Assembly: GCA_013239625.1 (NCBI GenBank)
Contig: MU054187.1
Span: 19,814,200 to 19,878,199 of the forward strand
DNA from: Lama guanicoe
Lineage: Eukaryota
Direction: 5' to 3'
DNA length: 64,000 nucleotides
Shown: piece after piece, positions 48,500-62,365 of the stretch
Numbering within the stretch: position 1 is the first letter of the stretch
How the letters are laid out: each line of letters starts with the position of its first letter
Notes under the pieces: generated by a model
Seen by the model: only the letters and a program-made list of their open reading frames with translations
What the model was told of the DNA's origin: nothing
Database searches by the model: none
Translations under genes and position numbers: made by a program

Positions 48500-50770
48500 A
48501 TTAAGGTCAAGTGGATTGGCTTTTCTAACGTTTCATAAATTGCTGAAAATCATGCCACATTGTAATTTGCTTCATATTTGAACCATGAGTTTTTCATAAA
48601 ATGTGTTTTTATGTTGTTTCTTGTGGCATTTTTAATGAGGAATTTCTTCTTGGAGCCCACTGACTTCCTCTTCTAATTTGGACCGGTGATTTTCTAGACT
48701 TGCTGCACAGCTGTCTGCTTGGCATTTCATTCTATCGGAATCCTGGGAGAGCTCACTGTTTTTCATATGAAAAGTCTTCTTTCTTTTTTTCCACTCTTGT
48801 TTAAGTGTACATATTTAAGTGGATTTCCTAGAAAGAATAGTAAATTAATGTTTTAAATTCTTGAATATCTGAAAGTATCTTTGATTTGGATTCACATTTG
48901 ATTTATAATTTGCCCTGGTATAGAAATGTGGGTATAATTTCACATAGAAATTGGAAACTTTGTTCACTATCATTTAACATCTTGATGATGAGAAATCTGA
49001 CACCAGATGATTTTTGGTTGATGCTTTAGGAATTTAATCATTTAACTAAGTATTTGTGTTTTCAGCATGATTTATTTGGTAATAATTTTATTTTATAGTT
49101 AGCCCATTAAGTCCATTTAATTTATATATAGATTATACATTTATAAATTAAATGTATATTCTGTACTTTTGGGTGTAGATATAACATTTAACAATAATTT
49201 AAAAATGATTTGGCTAAAAATAATTTGGATGGCACTGAATTTGTTCCCATGGAAAGTGTTAAGTTGAATAAAACCTGCTTCCTGACCCAGAGAAGTTATT
49301 GTGATTACAGTTATTTTATGCTATGCTCATACTACTTGAAACTTACTTGTAATTTTGGAAATTTTAGAGCATAAATTATTATCCTGTATTTTTTAAGTTT
49401 AACAGAAAAATTCAACTAAGTTTTTCAAAATATGCAGTTTTCACGTTTAGGATATTAGAGGTGATAAGAAAACAGGATAACACTTAGATACAGCTTTTTA
49501 TAAGCATCAACTAAAGGAAAATATATCTATCACTATAACATCATGTTATATTATTTAAAAGGCATAGACTTTAGAGCCAAGCATACTGTGGGTTCAAATA
49601 ACAATTCTTTATTCTCTGTGTAAACTTTTAAAGTTAGTTATTATTTTTAAGCTCCTGTGTTCTCATCTATTAAGCAGAGCGAACTATTCTTATCCATGGA
49701 GAAATAAGGCTGTGTGAGATATATAAGGCCTGGCTTATTGTTGGCACGACTGTAACATAAACATTTTATGTACATTCTCTTTATATACATATTCTTTTTT
49801 ATCAGCTTCTCACAGTTGATATTATCATCGAGTAATCAAAATTGTTGACATAAGTTTATTCAAAATATTTCCTTATTGTTCTTTTACTCTGCTTTAGGTC
49901 TGTAGTGACAGCCTTTCTTTCAAAGCTGATATTGGTAATTTGCATTCTCTTTCTCTATTTTTCTGGATCAGTATAGCAGGGGTTGATAGATTTTGTTATC
50001 TTTTCAGAGAAACAGTTTTTGGCATTTTACATTTTCTCAATTGTCAGTTTTCTGTTTCTTTGATTTCTACTCTTTTGTTGTTTTCTTCTACTTATTCTTG
50101 TTTTATTATTCTTTTCCTAGCTTCTTCTGGTGGAGGTTTTAAGCCACTGGATTAAAATCTTTTCCATTTTCTAATACAAGCATTTAAATTAAACACTTCC
50201 CTACGTGCATGATTCCACTTGCACTTCGTGTATTTTACATATTGTATTTTCAGTATCACTCAGGTCATAGACAGGACGCACTTTGTCTTGCAATCTGTTT
50301 TGTCTCATGTTACTATAACATTACTCCAGTATTTTCATGCTCAGTATTAGCATGGCATTATGTTTCCCATTTATTTACTTTCAACCCATGTGTTCTGTAT
50401 TTTGAAAGTTCATGTCTGCAGGAGCCAGCATATAGTTGGGGTTTGTTTTTTTTTTAAATCCAATTTGACAATTTAGTTCTGTTATTTCGCATGTGGAGTC
50501 CATTAACATTTAATGTAATTATTGCTTCTATTGGATTTATTCTATCAACTTATTATTTGTTTTTTCTTTGCCTCCTCTGTTTTGGTTCCTTTCTTACCGT
50601 TTTTGATTAAACAAATATTTTTTAAAAATCCATTTTATTTTAATTATTGGCATTTTAACCATACCTTTCTGCATTACTTTTCAAGTGTTTGCTCTAGGAA
50701 TTACAATATATATTCTTAACTTTTCACACTGTACTTAAAATTAATATTTTACTACTTTACATAAAATGTA
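48500..50770 (-). mobile_element. Ancient, fragmented L1 (L1M/L1ME) ORF2 relics, with a plus-strand MIR at ~49555-49745
   Basis: T-rich decayed L1 motifs such as GATGATGAGAAATCTGA, CTGATATTGGTAATTTG and TTCCCATTTATTTACTTTCAACC. Confidence 0.55.
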
Positions 50771-50779
50771 AGATTAACG

Positions 50780-51115
50780 TGGAGCCTCAAAGAGAAAAAA
50801 CATGTCTTTAGAATCTTAACAGCATGTCATGCAAATCATTGTCTTTAAACAATAGGACTTTTAAGGGCATGGTTCCTACAACAACCTCAGAAGCAGCTTA
50901 CAATAGAGAACGGATCATTTTGGCTAGATTTGTGGATGTAGTTTTTGTCTAATAGAGTAAATCACAAACTGTTTTTAAGATAGTTTTCACTGTTAGAAAC
51001 ATGAACACCTTGGACCAAAAAGGGTAGAGTTAGTTAAAAATAAAAATTAAAAGAGGTCTTTGACCCTCCAAATATACTGATTAGAAAGCAGGCTGATCTA
51101 CATAACTATCTGCTT
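50780..51115 (+). mobile_element. MaLR internal sequence relic (MLT1-int-like)
   Basis: GATTTGTGGATGTAGTTTTTGTCTAATAGAGT...CTTGGACCAAAAAGGG...GAAAGCAGGCTGA matches recalled MLT1-int motifs. Confidence 0.55.
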
Positions 51116-52579
51116 CATAATTTTGTCTAGGTTAGTTGTGGATAGAGCAATGGTAGGTATGATTAAGACTGATTCTGGGAATGTCTCATATTTCACTTGG
51201 TAAACACTTACAGTTTGAAGTAGACCACACAGGATAAGACATTGATCAATTCATTTGTGGAGACTCTATTTCAATTTCCTTAGTAAGTGTTTCTGCTAGA
51301 TCTTTACTAACAACATCTATAAATAAGTAATGATGGACATGCTAGCTGTGATTATGAACATCAGAACATGTGCTTTTAAAGTCTGAGAATTGTCTATTAA
51401 CATTTACTAATTTTGGTTGTTTAGAATCCTACTTTTCCAGAGACTACTAATGAGACACTTAATGAACAACAAAGCTGTCATATATCTTCTTGTGAAGATT
51501 AGAAATACCCATTAATGGACTAAAATTAAGAAGGAAATACTTACATATGGAATACTAATTATAAAACAGATTCTTTATTTCAATGAAAATGTTCACAGCC
51601 TCTTTGGGATACATGGGAAACATCTACTATAACCAATTTTTTTCCTCCTGGTAGTGACAGCCAGGCTGTTTAAGTTTATGACATGTAATTTTCCAGGCAC
51701 TCTTTAAAAAGAGCACACAATAATATCATTTTGACGTAGACCAAGGTATGTGCGGATGCTGATACCCTACTCAAAGCTGCATAACAAAAAAGATACCTCA
51801 CAAAAGTGTTCTTTGGCAATTCATATTGTTGAAAGATGGTCAGTTATCAAAATGAAGTGATAAAGTGTAAGCCATAATATAATTTAAAAAATATATCTAT
51901 GTGCTGTCACCTTGTGTGCAGAATAAAGAACTGAGGTAATCTGTATGGGTAATTCAGACTAAACAATATTTTTGATTTGGAAAAAATATATACCCAAGAA
52001 GTTTGAATTATGGAGAATTGCTCCAGAATTGCCTGTGGTTGAGCACCACTGGCCTGTATCTAACCTTGCTCCTACGTTTTGTGCTTTCTGGAGTGGTGTA
52101 TAAGGACAGTTAAGCACTAAGAAGAATCACTGTACTTCAACTGGTATGTAATCAAAAAGTTAATTGGAATCTGGGTGATGATGTAAAGTCATTCCTTCAA
52201 GTTCTGTACCTTCAAGTTCTATTTCCATCAAGTTCTCTTTCAGTTTATATGCAGTCAGCCTCAATGGGTGGCTAAAAAATTATTCTATCATTCTGTTTGT
52301 AGTCAAAGCTGAGAACCCTTTCCTGACTCCATGCTGAAAAGAATATATTGGATTCTTACTTTCTTCAGATTGGAGAACCTATAAGACAAACACAACTTGA
52401 CCTTTTTAATATCAATTGTCCGTCCTTCCACTGCTTATATGTCATTTTGTGCTGAATGAACAAATTTTCATCAGGGATGAGGATTGGTAAAGCTAAAGAG
52501 AATGAGGAGTTAGTAAATCCCATCATTCCACATATAAATAATAGTTGATAGAGGGCTTCTTTACTTTTACAGGCTAGGT

Positions 52580-52801
52580 CAGGATTCAGCAAAATCTTTC
52601 TGTAAGGAGCCAGATAGGAAATATTTAAGGATTTGCAGGCCATAGAGTCTCTTTTGCAACTTCTCAACTCTGCTCTCATAGTACAAAGGCTTCCACTGAC
52701 AATATGTGAACAAATGGACATGGCTGTGTATCAGTAAATCTTTATTTTCCCAACAGGTTGCAACAGGATTTTGAGCCTAGGCCTAAGTTTGCCAACCCCT
52801 G
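52580..52801. mobile_element. hAT-Charlie MITE (MER58A-like)
   Basis: 222 bp; terminal inverted repeats CAGGATTCAGCAAA / TTTGCCAACCCCTG; flanks GGCTAGGT / TCCTAGAA carry the CTAG core of Charlie target sites. Confidence 0.85.
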
Positions 52802-54704
52802 TCCTAGAAGACTAGCAAAAGCTTTTATCTTTCTTTGTGTTCTTCCTTTATCCCATATCCCTGCTTATCCCCTATGGTAATCACTATTCAGATTTCTTTT
52901 TCTACTTCCCATTTAGTTATAAATAAATGTGTATCATTCATTTGCTTTTTAAAAATGAAATTTTATGGCCAATGTGTGTATGCTAAAATATTGTTTAATT
53001 TCCCTTAGTTTTGAGCTTTGTAAAATTGTACTCTTACAACATTTATTGTGAAAATATAGTAAATTATGAAAGCATTTTTAAGAGTTTTTATTGTTGATGG
53101 TAAAAATTACCAAGTAGTAATTGCATTCCCACATCTTTGCATTTGGCTTTTTTGCTGTTCACTTCAGCTTAATTTTAATCCATTAAGAAGTACTGAATAA
53201 TTTTTAATAAGTATATTGGAAAGAACAATAATCAGAATGTAATGGGATGAATTTTTTAGCATAAAGGTAGCTCATCTCAAAACAGAATCAATTATACAAA
53301 AAAGTTTATCTATAATTAGATAGATATGCAGAGTTAAATTTTGGTTCTTTTCATGCTCCAATTTTATCCCAGTCATAAGTTAGGTCTTCTTTAACCATTT
53401 CAATTCAGTGTAATGAAGCATAAATCTTCATAAAAGAGTTATATACTACTACAGTAAGTTGAAAGAATTAAGAGTAAATCCACAGCTAATTAACTTACTG
53501 GAATTCAGTTCATTCATAAGATAGTCCTATATCAGAATAGTGAAAGAAAGGCAAAACCCAAAGGATCAAATCCTGACTCTTTTTCTTTTTTTGTCTCTAA
53601 AGGTATTTGTCTTTTCCTCTCTCACCCGTTCTCCTTTGTCCCCAAGCAGAAAGTGCCTCTGTTTAGCACCTAATCAAGCTCATGGGTAGTTGCTGAGGCT
53701 ATGGATTTGATGGGGGGGTGAAACTGAACATTCAGGAACAATGTAAAATTGAGTATAAGACCGTAAATCTACCCAATGCATTTGTTGTCAAGATACAACA
53801 TATCACTTCTATTTAGTTATAACTAACTGCACAAAGCCATACTACCAATGGCCAAACATTAGCCATTACAAAGCAAAAACTTATAAATCAATTGTAATGG
53901 ATGTGGAAAATATGGGACCACAATGGCATGCTAACACTCTGAATGACAACTTTAAATAACGTCTCTAAATTGGCCTGTTGCCATAGGGTTAATAACAGCT
54001 CCATAACTATGGATGGATAATTTTACAGCCTTTCCACATTCTGTCTGCAGCATTTAATGTGATTTTTGTTTTAGGGCTCTGATCTCCAGGCTGTGAATAA
54101 GTACTGTGAATGCATAAATAGATTTTAACAAAAGTATAAAATAGTATGTGGCAAATTGGAAGATTCATTGGAGAAAGGTTGGGGAGATCATGCAGATTGT
54201 TAATGATTCTAAAAACAGTTTTTATTCAGCTAATTCACTTCGTGACTTACTTGTTTTCCAAAAGGGTTCAATGTGTAATCATTTTTTAAAATTTGCTTTT
54301 CTAAAATATTATTCTTAGAAGAAGGAACACAGATAATTTACCTCCTTGGGTCTAACTCTGAAATGTTTCCAGGTTAACTCAGAAACAAGAGAAATTTTGC
54401 TAGTGCTTTTTAAGATAAAAAAAAAATCTGCTTTTTGCTTTCTTTTTTCTTCTTTCTTTTCAGCAAGAGTAGAGTCAAATATACGGTTATTTGTAATGTG
54501 ACTTTAGTACACATGAAAAGCACTCTGGTCATAAAAATTCCTTTTTTATCAGTTGACTAATCTTTTACATTCTGTAGTTAGAAATTCTTTGCTTTAGTGT
54601 TAAACATCTAGTGCCCTATAAGTGGAAACATTAAGTAGTCTTTTTTAATAAAAATGAGCAATTAGCTTATCTTGTTATGTGAGTTAGCTTTTAGAGTGAC
54701 AATC

Positions 54705-54945
54705 ATGGCTAATTTGAATTGAGTACTTTACCTTGTTCCAGGTATTCATGTCTTATCTCATTTAGTCCTCACTTTAATATTATGAATGTGTTAATTATAT
54801 TCTTTCCATTTTTTGCATGTAACGAACACTGAGGTTCAAAGGGTAAATAGTGTTGTTTAAGGTCAGAAAACTAATAAGAGGCAAAACTGAGGCCCTAATT
54901 CAGGTTTCTGATTCCAGCATTTGTGTTCTTAAATGCTACACAGTG
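54705..54945 (-). mobile_element. MIR SINE
   Basis: ATCTCATTTAGTCCTCAC...CACTGAGGTTCAAAGGGTAAA...AAGGTCA...TCTGATTCCAG. Confidence 0.7.
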
Positions 54946-55817
54946 ATATTAATGAACAAAGGAAGGAAAAATAAAAACACTAGGGGCTGATGGAGGCATT
55001 ACAGTGGGTAAAGGTCAGGAAGGGACAGATGAGGATTCTGGAAGATGATCCTGGCCTCTTCATTGTTTTTTTGTTTTTGTTTTTCCTTTGTTTTTTTTCT
55101 TTTTTGGAGAAGTTGAACTAAGGGGCAAGCAGGAAATGATGAGTCAGCTATTGTGGGTACTGGTTTTGTAAACTATAAATTATGACTTAGTAGGTCATGA
55201 AGTCTGTGTAGCAGATTGTGAACAGAATTTTGCAGTGCGGGCTGGTACAATCTTAGAAGATTTTATTAAAATATGTCATAACTCATATTATAGCAGTTAA
55301 ATAATGTTATGGACCAAGGCTCAGAAAAAGAGAATTTCCCGAAGTATTTCCTCATAGGTATATGGTAATGTATGTATGATACTGGATATTGGGGAGGTCT
55401 CCAACATCCATCCCTCTCCTCGCCTGTTTAGTAGCAGTGTTCAGATTTGGGGATTTATCATAGCTCTAGGGGCAGAAACGGATTAATTTCGGCAATTCAC
55501 TGTAACTCTCCACAGCATTCCCATCATAATTGTTTCAGGCTTTGAAGCCTAAGTCAAGAAGCTCCCCCTCAAAAGATTTCCTAGAGGAAGAGTTATGTGG
55601 TCAGCATGTTAATAAAATCAAATATGAAAGAACAGAAAATATTAGAGTGCATCATAAGGATTCTTAACAAGGGCAAAGAACATTAGAATTTCTACCATGG
55701 CCACTTGTGAATTGATATGAGACAGAAAATTAGTGGAAAGGATGTTATAAATGCAAGCACACTAGCTAGAAAGAGCTCTGTCTTTTGCTCATTGGTGTCT
55801 CATCTGAATTTGTGGCT

Positions 55818-56545
55818 AATAATAATAATAATAATAATAATTAATAATAATAAACTAATTAATGCCTATAAGGCCTTTACTGTGTGCCAGGGACTGTTCT
55901 AAGAATGTTGAATATATTACTTTTTTAATCACTACAGCAAGTCTATGATTTAAGGACTCTTCTTAGTCCCACTTTATAGATGAAGAGATGAGGGGCAGAG
56001 AGTTAAGTAACATGTCCATGTGGGAGAAATTGTAAGCTGGGAGACCTCTCTTGGCACTGAGATGTACCACCTTGGGGGATGGCTGCTGTGGATAAAGTGA
56101 AACTGTGCTTTTTTTTTTTTAACCTCTTCAATGGGGAATTTTTGCTCCAGTAGAGTGTGGGTACCTTTCCACTGGACTCCCAAGTTCCACAAAGATACTC
56201 TCATCCTTAAGTGTTTGTCAAAATCAGTGTTTCTTTCGAGAGGCAAAGAGGGCTGAAAAAATACTCTCTATTTTCCTTATAAAATCTTATAGCTGCCTAC
56301 TAACTGAAATCAAAGACGAAGTTTGTGGTGATGGAAAAATTTCCATGAAAATCATAACCCATTGAATACTTCCAATATGCCAGGCATTGTGCTAAGCAAG
56401 ACCTGTGCATTGTTCATTACATCATCACAACAAACCTTTGAGATGGGCAGTATTGCTATCTTCATTCAACCAAGGAGAAAATTTAAGACTAGTGAAGAAA
56501 TTAAGCGTGGCTTAAAGGCTTTAGGCATTGACTTATCAGCAAGCT
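55818..56545 (-). mobile_element. Cluster: (AAT)n tail plus MIR (~55818-56015), old L1 5'-region-like fragment (~56015-56255), MIR (~56355-56545)
   Basis: TTACTGTGTGCCAGGGACTGTTCTAAG...CCCACTTTATAGATGAAG and TATGCCAGGCATTGTGCTAAGC are MIR motifs. The middle assignment is tentative. Confidence 0.6.
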
Positions 56546-57813
56546 CAGTATTGGAACCCATATTCCTAAGTAGGGTAATACATAATAATGAACAAGGTGT
56601 GCCGAGATGATTTTTTTTCTAAAACTTGTCATTGAATTCCATTTAGGGTCAGTAGCCAAATAATAGCTCATTTCATGCGCACGGTGGACCCCCTTGGATA
56701 AATCCACATTGTAACAGCCAACCACGATGAAAGATAAAGTAGAACTGTTCATTTGCATTCATGTGACTATTGGATATTTTTTCTGGAACAAGTTTTAAGT
56801 AAGCTTAACTTCTGGATTTCAGGTAAAAATATAATAAGGAGAAGAGTTTCTGGGTCCTTTCTGTGCTTCAAGGGGGAGAGTAGAGACAAGAAGCAAGTTT
56901 ATGCCTTCTTCTGGCATAAGATCTCATATAAATTTGGCATAATAAAATTTTTGTTAGGAGAAACTTTCTGCTAAATAGCTTTAATAATTCCTTTTTCAAT
57001 GTGTTAAATGATTTTAAGCTTTGTAATTTATTGAAATAAGTGATCATCTTTTAATGGCTAGTTGTGATTATCAAATCTGAAAAACATGGGTATAACCAAT
57101 GTGTAGCATAATGAAATACATGCAAGTGAAAGGCTTTTGTCTCATTTGCAATTTGCAGCAGGAACTGATGGAGAAAATATTGCAGCTCTTTTATGAAATA
57201 GACATAAATGGCATTATAAATGATATATAAAGGGCTGAATCCTTGCAGTAATGAGACTCTGACTCAAAAAAACCTGTTATTCAAAGTCTACAATGTGACT
57301 TTAGGGAAAAAATTGGCAAGTGGTAATAAATCAAATTCTCCAACTTTAGGTTGGACTCTGGACTAGATTAGGCACGGAGAGGGCAGTCTGATGTTATGAT
57401 TTCTCATTGACATCATTGCTCTATTCAAGAGTGTGGTGGGTTTACTGATTGTGTAAGGGGCAATGGTGAGCTTGTAGCACCAGTAATGATAATTTCTCCT
57501 TTTGGTGAACTCTGCTTCCTCTTGCAACCACTACCTCTACTGCCAGGAATCAGAGATGCGACATTAGATGAGAGTGCCTAAGATTGCCATGTAGCTAGTA
57601 GAGGAGTGAAAGCAACAAAAGTAAACGGCGGTGAGACTAGCAAAGGTGCTGTGAAATCTTAATGTTTAAATGTGTGCTTTTTCTTCCCTTTCTGATTTTC
57701 TTTATTTTTTAATTTATCTAGCATGCCTGTACTCTTGACACTTTTTAAAAGATATGAGAGCATCAGGAAGGGTTGGTATGTGGTAAAGTCTGATCTTCAG
57801 ATAATATAGGGGA

Positions 57814-57815
<2 letters not shown>

Positions 57816-57864
<49 letters not shown>

Positions 57865-57869
57865 TGTGT
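57816..57869. repeat. (TG)n microsatellite, ~27 units
   Basis: Directly visible. Confidence 0.95.
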
Positions 57870-59562
57870 TTGATCTATTACTAGAGTAATAGTTGGGAAT
57901 GGCAAGGGGAAATCAGGAGGATACCTAACCCACTCTAGCTCTGGTGCTATGTGGAATTATGAGAGGGAAAAACCTGCTTTCCTTCCAGGACTTAAAAACA
58001 AAGTGTCACTAGGGAATGGTCAGATTTTCCTTAGGCCAAAAAAGGTGAAAAAAATATGACAAAAATCGCTGAAAGTATAGGATGCTGAAAGTTCATATTG
58101 TCAGACTGGTCTTTGATAAAAATTATACTAATTTACTTGCTCATCAGCAGAGTGGAGTATTTCCTTACTCTCACCATGAGTATTTTTATCTTTTTAGTCT
58201 TTTCTAATTTGATACATAAAACCTACAAGCTTGCTGTCTTAAGTTTTACTAATTTTATTAGTGAAATTAATTTCTCCTTTAAATGACTGTAGATATTTTA
58301 CATTTTTAATATGTCAGTCAGATAATTATTTTGGTAATACTAGTTTAAACAAAGTAAATGATTAAATTTGCTTACCATTCTCCCTCATTGTGATTTTAAA
58401 GTTAAGGTGTCCCTTGCTTTATTTTCATACTTTTATTAAATAATAAGCTCTTTTAAAAGATTACATATCTTATTAAGCTATATGAAATACTTTATTGAAG
58501 TCTTTAATAGGGTGTTTCTCAACCCAAAGACCCAACATTTTTGTAAATGAAAAAATAAGTGAAGATCTGAGTTTAAACCTGGAAAAAAGTAATTGGAAAT
58601 AAACAGATATTTAGTTTTCTGTCCTGGATATTTTGCTGTGTTAAACTGGATTCCTTTTAAAGATTCATTGCATTAATCTCTGCTTTACTATATCCAGAAA
58701 TATATGTCACAGATTTATAGCCTTTTTCCTGGAATGAGATCAATTTTTGTTTTATTAAGGGTCCTCTTATGCTTTAGGGCAATAATATTGTTTTGACAAA
58801 GCACTTTATTTAAACTTGGTACCCAGAAAGGACCCAGGACCCCTTCCCCCGCCCCACCCACCCACTGTATTTTTCAGGTTAGTGATTTGTGAATAGGCTC
58901 AGAGAGTGAATCAATGCTTTCATCAGGCTGGAATTCATGAGGCGGACTGAGACAAATAAAGATCAGGGACTGCTGTACTTGGCAGCCTGTGGGAAGGTTC
59001 ATAATTCTCATCAGTGTTGTTCACACTAAAATGGTTTATGTATCTAATGAAACAGAACCTTGTTTTCTACCCATTCTAATTCCCTTTAAAATTACCTTTT
59101 ACCTTGTATTTCATTGCAACATCCTAAGATTCCTCTTGTTAGTTTTTCTTTTCTTTTTTTTCCTTTGAAGTCTGATGTTATCTCTTGATGTAACATGTAA
59201 GTCTCACTTAATATGTGTTGTTGAGGTTGAGTAAACTAGGGAAATATAGTAGGAGAAAGATAGAAAAAATACACATATTCCAAAAGGCCATGATACATTA
59301 TACTTTATTAATAATTCAATGAGATGCCATGGCATAACTTAGATAGCCTGTGGCCTCAGAAACATGTTTGTACTTCGTGACATAGCATTGTCCTTTCCTT
59401 TGGTACTCCCTAGGAAATGTCTTCAAGTAGCCCAAGGATTGGAAAGTCATTTAGTTTCTCCCAAATTACTTCTCTTCCCATCATGTATTAGGAATAAAAA
59501 AATGTATATATTTACAATTAAAATATATCTCCAAGTGCCAGTACCCTTCATCATCAACTTTG

Positions 59563-60125
59563 TCATTAATTAATTCAACAAACAATGACTGACATTATAC
59601 TATGTGTCAAATATATAGATATTGGCCTGCAAATATGTAGATACTGGCCTGCACAGAGTGTCTGGTGTCTAGTTGGAAAGGGGAGATTACAACATAAATG
59701 CTATGAAGGAGATGAGCTTGGAAAACTGTGGGAACACTTGGGAAAATCTTCCCAGGTCTATAGAGTGAGTGGTTTCAGAAGGGCATCCTAGAAGATAGCA
59801 TGAGATTTGAGTCTTGAAATTACAAGAAATTATGAGGAGTATGGGATGGGGCTGGGATGGTGGGTGTTGGAAGGGAGAAAAAGAAATAGAGAAAAGAACG
59901 AGATGTGGGAAAGAAAGCAGGTTGCTTTTACAAAAGGAATTTGGCAAGGTTAGATCACAGGGTTGATGGGTGAATGTGTGGAAAGATGACTTGTAAGAGA
60001 TTAAGTGAGAACCAAGTCATGAAAGATCTTGTATGTTATTCTGAGGAGTGTGGCTCTTAAGGTCAAAAACTAGGGGAGTGACAGGAACAATTTACATTTT
60101 ATGAAGATGGCTTTATAATGGACGA
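59563..60125 (-). mobile_element. LINE-2 3' end
   Basis: ATTAATTCAACAAACAAT...TACTATGTGTCA...GTCTAGTTGG...TTTGAGTCTTGAA...CATGAAAGATCTTGTATG. Confidence 0.7.
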
Positions 60126-60169
60126 ATTTATAAAGACTAAAATAAATATATTTATTTATTTGAACATAA

Positions 60170-60700
60170 AAAGGCTTGGGTCCAAAATAAAAAAGACTAC
60201 AATTAAGAAGCAAGCTAACTGGGACAACTATTTATAATAAGTGGAACCAAAGTTAATCATTTTAGTATTAAAAGAGTTCATTCATGCTAGAAACAATGTC
60301 ACTGAGAAGATCTGCATGGATAACAGACTGTGACACTGATAGATAATTAGAAAATAAAATAGGCTAACAAACTTATCAGTATGCAAATTAAAACACCAGG
60401 GTGGTCTCATTTTTTTCCTTGTCAAATTAAGAAATTTTTGAAAAAAGAGTTACAATCACGCTACCAAATGCTGACAAAATACGGAGTAAAAGGAGTTTTC
60501 ATACATCGATGATGGGAGAATAAATTAGCATAATCTTTGTGGATTCAATTTTATATTGAGTTTGCAAATTACTCACATTTAATGACCCTGGTATTCCCCC
60601 ATCTTGGAATTTTACCTGAGGAAATAATGTGAAGTGCAGAATGAGATGGTCTTTCCTGATGCTTATATTAGGGATAATTCATTTGAAACACTGGTACATG
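60170..60700 (+). mobile_element. Ancient L1ME ORF2-end relic
   Basis: ATGCAAATTAAAACA, CATACATCGATGATGGGAGAATAAATTAG and GGAATTTACCTGAGGAAATAAT. Confidence 0.6.
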
Positions 60701-61610
60701 TAAACACAAATGAATGTTGTTACTATTATTATTATTATTGTCACAAATATAGGCTTTAAAACATGTTCAAAAGTCACTTCCAATAGCAGTCATTTAGAAT
60801 ATTGTGGTACAGAGAATAACAAATTTAATTTGTTTCACCACATTATATTATTTTAAAACAGGTCTCCAGAAATAATTTGACAATCATGACCAAAAAAAAA
60901 AAAAAAACCCATGCTGAGACATTTTTTGTATCTAGAAGCATCCTTTTTATGTGATCATAAGTAATATTGTACTTGATCATTAATGAAGAGTGATACAAGT
61001 TTGAAGAACAACTTGAAATTAAAAAAAAAAATCAGCCTAGCGTTTAACCAGAAAAAGAAGAATGGTACCGGAGACTCTTGAACAGATATGTGCTGTTACC
61101 GGAAATTATCTGAAAATGGCAGAATTAAGGTAAGACTTGCAGCAATTTTCCTTATGGCCAGGAGGTTATAACCTAGTTGGAAGCAGAGGAGTAGAAAACA
61201 AAATTATAAGTGAATGATGGAAAATGGCTTAAATTATACTTTTGGAAACTGCATGTAGTCCAAGATTTGGGACAAATCATTTTTTTTTTCCTATTTGAAA
61301 TAACTTTCTCAGGCTTGGAACCACATAATGAATGAGACTAACTCAAATCACCCAGCAAATAGCAATTGACATTTGGTAAAATATACAGTTTCACGTTTCA
61401 ATGTTCGAGAAAAATTTTTCTTCTGAAATACATTTATCCTAAAGAACTGTGATGTGCACAGCATGCTACATCTGACAAAGTAGAAGAGAGAAGTTGAACT
61501 CTCAGATTGGCTCCCACCTACGCGCTTATGAGAAAAGAACACACCTGCCTCGTTTGTTGGAACTTAAGTGCTGCCCACCATGGAGTTATTTTGAACTTGA
61601 AATGTACCCT

Positions 61611-61747
61611 GGGAGAGTGGGGGAATGGGGAGGGAAGGGGGGAAATTGTTGCTCTTCTGAGTCCCCTCCATTCCTTCCCTTTTTTCCTTCTCCTCCCCTC
61701 TCTCCCTCTCTCCTTCCTTCTTTCCCTCCTTCCCTTCCTCCTTTCTT
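61611..61747. repeat. G-rich tract followed by a (CCTT)-like polypyrimidine tract
   Basis: GGGAGAGTGGGGGAATGGGGAGGGAAGGGGGG (61611-61642), then an almost pure pyrimidine run of about 80 nt. Confidence 0.8.
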
Positions 61748-61904
61748 GATCCTTCAACATTTCAACTTAGATTCCTGGCTTAGCTGACATGACTCTGAGT
61801 TAGTCTTTGCTTAGGAAGAGTTTGAGAGCCTAGGACAGTTATGGGTACCCCCAAGGATGTATGACATATATCTTGATGCTGTGCATCATTGTTCTTGTTA
61901 AGTG

Positions 61905-62090
61905 AGCATACGCTTTAGAGTGAGATGATCCTAGCTGATTCCCAGTTCTACTGCTTTTATCAGCAATGTGGTATTCTATAAGCCACTGAATTTCACTGAG
62001 CCTCGGTTTTCTTAATTACAAGTTGGACCCCATAAGATCTAATTTACAAGGGTGGCAAAGCTTTTGATATATAGTAAATGTTTAATATTT
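61905..62090 (+). mobile_element. MIR SINE
   Basis: GATTCCCAGTTCTACTGCTT...CACTGAATTTCACTGAGCCTCGGTTTTCT. Confidence 0.7.
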
Positions 62091-62365
62091 GGTGCCAAAT
62101 ATTATACCTTCTAGACAGTCTTACAAAAATGCCTTGGATTTCCTGAGGGAAGATTTGATGCGGAGATTGAAAAATGATTATCAGCCTTTCTTGTCACCAT
62201 GGCATATGGGTCAGATAACAGTCACGAAAACTCATTCCTAAGGTGTAAACATAATTTCTGAAATTCCTACCTCCAGATGTATACTATCCTTTCGTCACCC
62301 ATTTAAGAAAGTATATCATAGAAAATTATAGTTTCAGTATTTCAGAAATAATCTTGAATATGATC

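Noticed and set aside
61051..61129. Plus-strand exon candidate (CCAG|...AAG|GTAAGA; RRMVPETLEQICAVTGNYLKMAEL)
   Set aside because: No polypyrimidine tract before the AG, no recognisable homology, and it lies just downstream of an old L1ME relic of which it may be the decayed 3' UTR.
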